Below, piece by piece: positions 25,220 through 35,966 of a DNA stretch of 64,000 nt. The DNA comes from Tubiluchus corallicola (taxonomy: Eukaryota > Animalia > Priapulida): NCBI GenBank assembly GCA_030141605.1, contig JAQGDQ010000187.1, forward strand, positions 62,001 through 126,000. Direction: 5' to 3'. Within the stretch, counting starts at the first letter, position 1. Each line of letters starts with the position of its first letter. The position numbers and the translations under genes were made by a program. The notes beneath the pieces are model-generated. The model did not search any database. It saw only the letters and a list, made by a program, of their open reading frames with translations, and was not told the DNA's origin.

Positions 25220-27320
25220 ATTTAGTTAATGTAGTTAAACTAATAAATAACTCCTTAAGTCATGGAATCTTTCCTAACTGCCTGAAAATAGCCAAAGTCA
25301 CTCCTATCTATAAATCTGATTCTCCACTTAACCCATCCAACTATCGACCAATTCCTAATCTATTAGGAATAGATTAGGAATATCCCTCATCTCAAAAATT
25401 TTTGAAAATGTAATCTGGAAACGCTTAAATAGTTTTTTCGACACAAACAATATTTTATCAAAATTCCAATTTGGATTTAGAAAATCCTTCTCTACAGCCC
25501 TAGCTACTGCAGAATTTACGGAAAACTTACTGCACTGCCTGGACAAAAACTCTGTCACCTGTGCTGTATTTTTAGACCTTTCGCTAGCCTTCGACACAGT
25601 TCAGCACCATATCTTACTTCAGAAACTACAAAACTACGGCATAAGAGGCACAGCCCTGAGTCTTATCAAATCGTACCTCGACAACCGCCAGCAGTTCACC
25701 TGCATGCAGCAAACCCACTCAAGTCAACTCCCAGTGACATGTGGCATTCCGCAAGGGTCTGTTCTTGGCCCTTTGTTCTTCCTCATCTACATTAACAACT
25801 TGCCTCTTTGTTCTAACTTAAACACTCGACTCTTCGCCGATAACACATGTTTCTTTCTATCAGACACCAATTTACAGTCTCTCCAAAATCGAACTAATTC
25901 TGAATTACTAAAAGTCAATAATTGGATGTTAGCCAACAGCCTGTCAGTAAATTTAGCAAAAACCAAGTACATGTTAATTGGAAGGAACATATCACAAAAT
26001 GAGAAATTGGGCTTTAATTTAAAAATAGGTAACCATGATTTAGTTCAAACCAACTGCATTAAGTACCTTGGCCTTCAAATTGATAGTAATATAAAATGGA
26101 AAACTCATATTAATACTATAACAACAAAACTAAGTAAGACTGCAGGTGTATTTGCAAAACTACGTCACTTTATTAATATGACAATCCTCATAATGATATA
26201 TTATGCTTTAGTGTATCCATACTTACAGTACTGTGTGCTGTGCTGGGGAAAAACTAAGCAATGTATACTACAACCACTTACCACCTTACAAAACAAAATT
26301 GTTAAATTAATTACATTCTCTCATTACAAAGCACATGCTACACCTTCGTATAAACAGTTAGATATACTAAAAGTTTGCGATATATACAGTTTGGAACTCT
26401 TTAACTTTATGCACAAGTACAAAACAGGCACTTTGCCAGGTTTATATAAGAACTATTTTTTAAAAATAAACGAAGTCCATTCATACTCCACGAGATCCTC
26501 AAAAAAAGGTTTCTACTTTCAAAATAGGTACAAGACTCAGTATGGATATGGCTTGAATTCTCTACACCATAATGGTGTCAAACTTTTTAATAGTCTCCCT
26601 CATGAAATCTTAGCTTGCCAAACATTGCACACTGCAGTTAAAAAATTTCGCCTCTATTTAATCGACAACTATTCAGTTAATTAATGGATTTAGGAAAAAA
26701 ATTTTTTTAATCTTAGTTTCGAATTTATCTCTTAGTTATCTTTCGGTCCGACATCTGTTTCACTGAATATTCACATAGTCTAGGAAAAAAGATTCAGCAT
26801 TATCCTTATTGTTTATCGCTGACCTACTTTAATTATTTTTACTGGAGTTATATTTTGCTCAATGTATCTGTAATTTGCGAAACTTCAATATTGCTTTAGT
26901 TTTTTTTTTGTTTTTTATATTGTTTATTATTTTGGGTTGAGTTCTTGATTTATATGTAATTATTAGTTTTGTTTTTGATGAGTTTAAATTTTCCGTTTTG
27001 TTTGCTAATTTAAATCTTGCCTCTTCTCATAGCCAAACTTATTTACTGTCTCTAAATTTAAACTTATTTGAACTTGTTGCCTCATTTATTTTTATTTATT
27101 TTTATTTATTTTGTTAAGTTGCTTATTATTTTCATTTGTACATACCTCACTTGACAGGTCATTTAATTTCCTTTAGTTTGGATAGGGGTGGTTGACTTGG
27201 TGACCCTTGGTCTTTTCGCCACCCCGTCTCTTTTCTGACTTTTTTTTAGTTTTTACCTTTTGTTTATGCTTATTATGTAAAATTCAGAGACAAATAAATT
27301 TTTTACTTACTTACTTACTA
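25220..27320 (+). mobile_element. 5'-truncated LINE (CR1/L2 group), defective RT with 3'UTR and (TTAC)n tail
   Basis: [60 protein letters not shown] (catalytic DD changed to DN), KYLG; stop at 26684; 3' hairpin ggggtgg...ccacccc at about 27186-27225; aataaa then ttacttacttacttac. Confidence 0.92.
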
Positions 27321-27569
27321 ATGTTATGGTTATATTAATGACGCTAATAATAGAGATGATGTTATTGTAAAAAAATACATTTTCAAATTGTCGAGGACTA
27401 TCCATCATTATTACTAAAGTTACTCCGCACACTACACTAATATTTGGCGAATTAAACACTTCATTTTGCATATTTCGTTTCATTGTAATTGGGTGAAGTA
27501 CTTGCAATTGTACTGTGTGCTGCACAGTTTCGCAGGCGGACATTACCTCAGTTTACATAGTGAAAGTAC

Positions 27570-29600
27570 ACGAAATTATAGGCCTGTATCAATTATTTCT
27601 GCTATTAGGCAGTGCTTAAAAAGTCGTATTGAACAATTAATCGATTACTGGTATCACAACAACTCTGTTTTTGAGTTTCAACATGGTTTTATGCGAACTA
27701 GATCAACAGAAATGCATCTATTATTATATATTGTTGATTGGACTTGTCTAATTGACAACATGGATGGGGTCGATATTATTTGCTGCCGATTTCTTAAAAG
27801 CCCTCGATAATGTTTCATATAAAAAGTTGATTGATAAGTCAAAATCTCAGTTTCATATTACTGGGGAGCTACTTACATGGCTTCAATCGTATACAAAGAG
27901 ATGAAGAGTTTTCAGCTTTTCTGATTACTCACATGTAATATCAGGTGTGCTGCAGGCCTGGGTACTTGGGCCAGTCTTGTTCTTGTTTATTAACGATGTA
28001 ATTGAATCGTGCATCCTTCCAACATAAATTTTTGCTGATGATGCCAAGTTTTATTCAGGTAGAAAAAGCTGTGTACAACTCCAACAATCTGTAACCAAGT
28101 TCAAAAGCCAGTCAAACAATTGGCAGTGTACTCTGCATTAATTGATGATGACATCGAATGTTGGGTGGATTCCATTGCCTTTCCGTCTGTCTCCACATAC
28201 TGAGACTTAGGGGTTTTAATCGACTCCAAACTTTTGTTTAAAGAACACGTGGTTAATGTTATCAAAAGGGCTTATTTTCTGACTGATGTTTTGTTTAAGA
28301 GTTTTGTTCTTCGTGATGTTGTTACTTTAACTTAGGCATATTGTGTTTATGTTTGCCCAATTCTTGAATACTGTTCCACTGTTTAGAACTCTTTCATTAA
28401 TGTCAAGTGCCTTCAGGTTTATATAGGTTCAACTGATAGACTAGAATTAGTCATGAGAGCAGGGATGGTCGATCCCGATTATACAATCAGCGATTGGGCC
28501 TGATCTTAGGCGCTTCTCGATTGTCTAACATAGGGTGATCATCCCCGAAACGTAAAAAATCGGGACACACTTAACTGACCAACTTTGTTCAAAAAGTATA
28601 TTCAATACACCTAACACTAAACTTCACTTTCAGTTATGTTGTTAAATTACTTTTAAGTGTATTTAAAGTAAAAATTTTCCACCTTCTATTGCATTAGCAA
28701 GACAAATTTCCAATTCATAAAGCACGAAAGATGCCGTGTTTAATATTTACATCAGGTAATCTCACATGTCACAGCAATTGGTTTATGTCATAAAACTTCA
28801 CTACGGTGTACATACATAGCCATGTATGTTTACAGAAAGTGTTTAAATTAATCAGACATAAAAGACTTTCAACAAACTCTTTAAAGATGACTTACGATAA
28901 CTAATCTTTTTGTGATTGTTAATTTAGTTAACAGAAAACCTGGAAAGAGTATGCCTATGCATATGCACTTTTCTAGTTAAATTAATTTGAAGTTAACTGA
29001 AGAACTTCTAGTGGCAAATTAAGCTGAGAGCAAATACATACCTAAAATAATAATAAGCAAACAAATGAAACTATAGTTTTAAGTAATCGCATGTGGTATC
29101 TCATGCTATAGTAACTTATAGAAGGATCGGGAATAATCGGCAATTGGGTATGATCTGACATCAGGATTGAGTGGACAGCAATAATCGGGATCGGATCCGT
29201 ATTTTCTATGATTGGCCATCCCTGACTGAGAGTATTCTCTTGCCAGTTGCTCCTCCAATCGTCTAGGATAGGGTACTCATACAGTCATAGGCCTGAAATT
29301 TTCAAACCTGAATATTTAGAGTGTGGACTTTTGAAAGCAGACTTGATTCTACTTTTGTATACACTGAAATATTTGAATTTGATAGATATTAATGCATTTA
29401 ACAATTGTTTCGCTTTTAGCAGCAACTGTGCCCGAGGCCATGCATACAAATTATTCCTGCCATGTTTTTGCAAATTTTAAGACAAAATAGTTTTTCGTAT
29501 GTACAATATCCTTCCGGAATGTACTGCCAGAAGCTGTTCAGTCAAGCTCACTTAAAGCTTTCAAATCTGCGTTAGAAGATGTGATTTTAATAACAAGTTG
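27570..29600 (+). mobile_element. Older, heavily mutated CR1-like LINE RT fragment, interrupted by a hAT element
   Basis: NYRPVS, QHGFMRTRST, SGVLQA.VLGPVLF, IFADDAK, DLGVLIDSKL, V.PILEYCS, then after the insertion ARGHAYKL and a WNxLP-like motif; several stops and frameshifts. Confidence 0.85.
28460..29224. mobile_element. hAT-like non-autonomous element nested in the LINE fragment
   Basis: TIRs cagggatggtcgatc / gattggccatccctg; imperfect 8-bp TSD catgagag / actgagag; GATC(GG) subterminal repeats. Confidence 0.72.
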
Positions 29601-29975
29601 AAAATATTTCGTTGATTTATGGGGTATTTTATTGGCACTATATTTTTTCTTAACCCACTATGTAGAAATTACTTTTTTATGTTAAAAGGTTTTTGTGTCA
29701 GAGTTTTCATTGGTATGTTTAGGTTATGGTTTTTCCAGTTTTCTTTTTTTGCGAGTAACCCTTTAATGTTTTCTACACTGTATAGTATTAAAATTTGCTT
29801 TCAACATTAAAAAGCAGATATGTTATATCTGACTTCTCAGCAAGGTGGTTGGTACTTTCAGGTTGAGGTTTTTTAACTAGAATTACTGTTATACAGATAA
29901 TAATTAATTTTGGTTTCTTTCAGTGTCACCTGTTAATTTCACTTGCTTTTGTCTACTACGTTGAATTCGAAATTC

Positions 29976-30329
29976 ATGGCAGCAGCAAGAGCTGTAACTC
30001 TTCGAAAATTACGGGAAGCATGTCGCTTAAAAACCGTTAAAAGCATAACATTTAGTTTTGATCCATTTACCCCAAATGTTCGATCATGTAGAGAAGTTTT
30101 GAGTATACTAGGCTCAAAAAACGTCCGTTCAACAAACGAAAAATGTCGTGTGAAAACTAAAGTACAGAGTGACTGGTCAGAGCCATTGTTTGATGTTGAA
30201 TTCGATGATAGTTCAAAAGTTGTATTTAAAACTGAGAACTTGACAACAGTTGAGCTGATGACATTATTCAATAAAGTGATTGCAGGCAAAGTGAATCAAG
30301 CAGCACCAGGTGAAGGAAAAAAGATCTGA
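29976..30329 (+). CDS. MRPL53: Mitochondrial ribosomal protein mL53 (117 aa)
   Basis: LKTVKSITFSFDPFTPNVRSCREVL...VRSTNEKCRVKTKVQSDWSEP..DVEF...ENLTTVE matches the mL53 pattern; exon begins after the acceptor tttctttcag at 29923. Confidence 0.9.
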   Translation: MAAARAVTLRKLREACRLKTVKSITFSFDPFTPNVRSCREVLSILGSKNVRSTNEKCRVKTKVQSDWSEPLFDVEFDDSSKVVFKTENLTTVELMTLFNKVIAGKVNQAAPGEGKKI

Positions 30330-31296
30330 TTTAAGTACATGGTAAGTCAATCACTGTATAGCCAGATCTTTTTATAAATAAAACATCTAAGATCTTGCCC
30401 AAAAAGGAATCGATTATTCCTGGTTAAGCCTTTTGGAATTTCAGGCATCTTGGGCTGATTTTAGGTGTAATGTACACCTGGCTACTAACATTAGGATATC
30501 CTAATTTTTTTCAACATTAATTTTCATGTAATTTTTATCACATAACCTGCTTTCTGTATTCACGTGGTATATAGAAGCATTTTATTTATACGTGTATAAC
30601 ACGTATATTGAGTTGCAACCAGTGAGGATGCATTAGATTGGTTTAGATCATAAAAATAGTGAGCATACATGTTAATGTTGGCCAATGTTGTGAGAACTAT
30701 AAATGTAAGAGTGCTATTGTAAATAAGTACGGCATTGAATTATAGTTATATATAAAATTCTACAATATTATTTGTAAAACAATTATTGTAAATGAGTACG
30801 TTTTGAAAACACGCTAGCTTTCATTGTCAGATACAGTATGAAGATGAAAAGTAGGATATTTTCAAGACGTTATTGTTTTCATTAATTTTTTTTATAAATA
30901 GTGCTGTAGGATTCCTTAAGAAAAGAAGTTCACTGTCCTGAAATACAGTATTTCTTTTCGAGTCCATTTTATTTTTTCTTTATTCTGAGTTTTAAGCCAT
31001 GATTTTCGCAGTAGTTTATTTTTTGTTTTCCGGAATTTATGATGATGTGAACTTCAATTAGTGCTGATCTCAGCTGCCCGCATCTTGAGCAAAACTAAGA
31101 ATTATGTTTTAAGTGAGTTACATATACCTTATGAAATACTTTTGGGTTTCACACTATAAAATGTTATACTTGTAATAATCTTTATGTAAAAATTTTGATT
31201 TTAACTGTCATGCAGTTAGGCTAGTATGTATGTGTAGTTTAAAAGTCCATATTTTGTGCAGATTTTTTTTCAGATCTTGTGCTACATGTTAGAAGA

Positions 31297-34200
31297 ATGT
31301 CAAGAATTATTTGTAAATCTAGAAGCCTGCTCAAAGAAGGTACCTGTACCTTTGTCATGCCTACACGTGAAACGAAATACAGCCAAAAAGTTAGTCGACA
31401 TTACTCATTACCAGCAGACGTCACAATGAACGTTTTTGACAGAAAAGCTAAGCGACTACAAAAAGATCGATCAGCGATGATGGATGACTGGAAAGTTTAC
31501 GATTATATAAAAGTTAGTAAGTTGTTCTTTGTATTAATGTACAGTCAAACTTCTTTATACTGCTTACTTTAGGACCAGGAAAAATTTGGCATTATAACAT
31601 GGTGTGTTAAATTTTGCCATAGACAAATCACACAACAGTCATACAAGTGACAAGTCAGACAAGACAGGTGAGAGTCCTCCATTGTCACTTTAAAGGCTAA
31701 TGAATTAAAAGAGAATTACTGAGTTAATCATTTGTGTGAATTAATGACTCACTCAAAATCAACCAACTTTATTAACAAATTTTGTCTACATCATAAACAA
31801 CTCATATAGTGATTGTACTCGTCTATATATTGGACTGTAGGTCTACTACTCCATTAAACATGTATATGCAAAATGTCTAGTCATAACTACAAATTTAGAA
31901 CAGTAGCTGCAAATACATTTAAAGCAACACAGTGTTACAAAAACAACTTAAATGATTTTGGTATTTCAAATAAATATGTAATTTTTGACTTGTTTGCTAA
32001 TGTTAGTTCATTCAACTTCACTTGTAGTTTCTTCTTCATCTTTCTTTACATTTTTAACGTGTCCAGAATTTCTACATCATCTAAAATGGCCGTGGCTTCA
32101 GCATTCTTGTCAACATCAATAAATTCCTCGTTACTCATCAAAACTGTGTTGCCAATCTTTCAAACCCATATTTGCTTTGTTAGTAAAGTGCTGGCTTGAA
32201 TGCTGCTACCAGCTTGATCACTGTAATCTTGCTTTCTGCTATTGTAATTGTAGTAGGTGTAACTGCACCCCATGCACATTTGGCAAAACAAATTGTGTCC
32301 CCAAGTAACCCTACTGCGGGGCAGTTTTCGTTGATTGCATCCACTAGATGCTGTACCTGTAACTGCTGGTATTTCCTTTTAAGGTTTTGTATGACCCCAG
32401 CATCCATTGGCCATATAACTGCTGTTGTGGTGGGTAGCAGGAAACGTATCTTAACAATGCTCGAACAACTTTACCTTTTGTATTGTGCATTGTTCAGAAG
32501 TTTCTTAATGTTTTGGTGCTATTTCTTCATTAAGGCATTAAAGTTTTTCATCCACTCAAGAAAAACAAGTCCTGTCATCCAGGCTTTAGTGTTAGAGAAA
32601 ACAAGCTCACTTTGAGGTTTTTTAAATACTTTGGTTGTTTACTTTTTGCCTGTGACCATTTTCTCACTGCCATCGGCATTTCTGTAATATGATTCTAGTT
32701 TTTGCTTTCTTGTTCCTTTTACAAACTCATCTGTAGTTAGCAATCGATCTGCTAATATTCCACAAAAGGGTCCCATTTCATCTGTATTTGAAAACATGTC
32801 CCGGAGAATAGTTTTCCAGAACTTCACTTGCTTTGTGGATGTTGCCAGTTACTTAAACTGGTACCTTCGCCAGCACTTTAAAACGAGAAATCCAGCCATT
32901 CGAGTATTGAATGTTTGGATCAACACCAATCACCAAAAAACATTGCATTGCTTCTCAGCATTTTTTGGGTAACTGCAATGTTTTTTGGCACGTGCAGATG
33001 AAAAAGTACAAAAACAAGACTCTCTATCTCATTGTGATGTGCAGGTTTGAACTTTTCTGCAGACAATTCAGATTTTTCTATAGAGAGCCACTTGCAGTGT
33101 TCAAAATATCACCAATAGTCCTCCCCGTAGGCTTATTCCATAATGTGAAAAATGGCCAGCAATTACTTGCTGCGATTTGCTTGGATGTTTCCTAGAAAAC
33201 AAGCAAATCTCACACTTCTCTTTGGTAAAAAGAGAGCCACAGGTTTTCTTGTCAGTTGTCATTATGATTGCATGTGACAGTGATGCTATTTAGATTGATA
33301 ACGTGCATTATTTTATACATCACGTAACGTCTGGCCAGTGTCAGTGACTCAACGGAGCGTAGAGCAGCCCTGTACAGGTGGTGTTTATATCCAGAAGCCG
33401 CTGGCACTAGTTGAGACTGCTGGCTGCATTTTTCCCCAAATGAACTTACGTATTAATTCGCCTGGTGGGGAAGGCACAAAGGGGGTGTAATGAGGTTTGA
33501 CTGTACATGTATTGTTAATAATAAGCCAATAATATGAAAATTAGAAATAAAATGTATACACAATATCAATCCTCATGATCAAAATTTACATATATTTAAA
33601 AGTTAGTAAATATTTTTTTCTTAATAATCTGTTAATTATAACTAAATAGAATCAAGGTCATGATGCTGTATAGGTTAGTATAAAAGTCATTTCTGGGAGC
33701 CTCTGTCAGCAAATGGTCTTTTAATTAGTGATATTATTTCAACTTCAGAGTAGCTTTTGTAATGTAATGCTGTCAACAGTCAACTTGATGAAATTTGGAA
33801 CGTTTTGCTTACGGTAGACCACATCAAAGTCTTCCTCATTTCTCATATGGTACAATAATTGCATCTAATACAGGTTGTAGACTGTGTACAGTATCTAACC
33901 TTTGTATTGCACCAAAAGTCAGGAAAAAATTGAAAGCCTTAAAAGAAAATGTTTAAGTGTAGATTTTACATTAATATCAAGGGACACAATAAATTACCAC
34001 ATTTAGAAAAATCAAAGATTTTATGTGCATAGTTAATAGTGTACAGAAGATGACAAGTGCTTCTATGTCATATATTGTGATGTCATAGCGTGTAACAAAT
34101 GCATGTATCACTTAACTTTCTCCATTGTGCAGTGTAACTTGGCCGCTATATATGAAGTTTGGTGAAATGGGTCCATTTGACAAGGTGCAGGTTGAATATT

Positions 34201-35319
34201 TGTTCAAAGTACTGCACTTTTCTCGTGTTGTAGCACTATTGGTAGCATTTATTACTAGACAATTAACTTCATATAGTATTTAAAATACAGTAAGTAAGAT
34301 GAGACGTCTAAATTGTCAGTTACTTAATAGCACTCTTAAAAATGTACACTTTCTGGTTGTATTTCTCCCATACTTGGTAGCTCTTTTGAATACTTGGTAT
34401 CTCCTAGTAAGGGCATGGTTTCATGTACAAAGCGTGTAATCCATACAGTTTGAATCAGTAATTTCTGTTAATATTTCAGGAGGAAATAGGTTGGCGTGTT
34501 GCAGACAGAATTCATGACATTAAACGCAAGTTTGACCTAGCTATTGAGCTCGGTTGCGGACGCGGTTACATTGGAAGGCATGTAACCCAGGAAAGTGCTG
34601 GAATATTACTACAGTGTGACATGTCTGAAAAATTACTATACCAGTGTTACCCATCTGAAGACAATGTCATGACTTGTCAAGCTGTGGTGGACGAGGAATT
34701 TCTACCGTTTAGGGAAAACTCTATTGACTTGTTCGTTTCTAGTCTCAGCTTACATTGGGTAAATGATTTGCCCGGGTGCTTTTGTCAGATTTTTAATTCA
34801 CTAAAGAATGATGGAGCATTTATTGCTGCAATGTTCGGCGGTGAAACGTTATACGAACTGAGGTGCTCTTTGCAACAAGCTGAAATGGAAAGAGAAGGCG
34901 GACTTTCGACTCACATTTCCCCATTCATAGAAGCATCTGATCTTGGCATGCTTCTTAATCGGGCAGGATATAAGTTAATAACTCTTGACGTAGATGAACT
35001 AACAGTTAATTATCCATCAATGTTTGAACTCATGCAGGATTTGAAGGGAATGGGCGAAAACAATGCATCGTGGAGGCGGCCTCTTCGCTTGAAACGTGAC
35101 ACAATGTTTGCTGCTGGTGCCATCTATCAAGAGCTTTATGGTAATAAAGATGGAAGTGTTCCGGCTACATTTCAGATCTTACATCTCATAGGGTGGAAAC
35201 CAGACAAGTCTCAACCACAACCAGTAGCAAGAGGTTCTCAAGATGTCTCTTTAAAAGATTTAGATAAACTTGATCAGTTAAGACCAGATGTTTTTAAAGA
35301 TGAACGTAAACCATCTTGA
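31297..35319 (+). CDS. NDUFAF5: Arginine-hydroxylase NDUFAF5, mitochondrial (complex I assembly factor, SAM-methyltransferase fold)
   Basis: Exons 31297-31512 and 34480-35319: basic presequence-like N-terminus, MNVFDRKAKRLQKDR..YDYIK|EEIGWRVADRIHDIKR..ELGCGRG, DEEFLPF, SSLSLHWVNDLPG, TLYELRCSL, GSVPATFQ..IGWKP. Confidence 0.95.
31542..33503 (-). mobile_element. Tigger/pogo DNA transposon with decayed transposase, in the NDUFAF5 intron
   Basis: TIRs cagtcaaacttctttatac / gtgtaatgaggtttgactg flanked by TA; minus-strand remnants NGWISRFK, NTDEMG, NADGSEK, LPTTTAVIWPMDAGVIQNLKRKY (DDE_1-like), with frameshifts. Confidence 0.88.
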
Positions 35320-35966
35320 GAAATTCGCACAAACCTCCATGCGCTCTTCATAGATGTGCATAGAGAGTGGTTGCTTAAATATAACATTTGCGTATATTTT
35401 TGTAAGCAGTAGTTGAAACACTTCATATTTTCGAGTTGAAATAAAAGGTGCTTTTCCATAATATATGAATGACACCATGACGAGTCACGTATTTTTGACG
35501 TACCTTCTTGTAGGCATAGCAGTTTACAAGGCTTCAGAAACAGGGTTCCTACAAAAGGCCATTATTTGTTATATTAGCACAAATGCCTAAACAGTTGAAA
35601 ATATCCAGTTAAAAATTTTAAAATAGTTACTTTTGGTGTTAGATTGTTATCTCTATAACAAAACTGGAAAGCCTTTAAAGAACTTTGCTAAACTAGCAGG
35701 GTAATTGCCACTTTTATGAGTTAAATTGTACTTTCTGTTGTTGCTTGCTTGTCAATGACATTCTTATGTTGAGGAGGGCCTTTGATAATCCCAATAACCA
35801 TGGTATTTCAAGAATCTAGTAGCTCGGACACTACTTGGGTCGAAGACACTGAGCAACAAGTGATGTTTAAATATTTCTGTAACATGGCAAGATCTGTTAA
35901 ATAAACAAAATGCACATCAAAATAGTAAGTTCACTGCATTTTATTGAAGTTTTACACAATCATTTC

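Noticed and set aside
25704-26684. 326-aa RT ORF as an active or domesticated gene
   Set aside because: 5'-truncated, upstream frame disrupted, catalytic FADD reads FADN; an ordinary LINE relic.
29939-30289. 116-aa ORF antisense to MRPL53
   Set aside because: Codon-aligned antisense shadow without an ATG start or recognisable domain.
31873-33195. Plus-strand ORFs in the NDUFAF5 intron
   Set aside because: Antisense to the decayed Tigger transposase.
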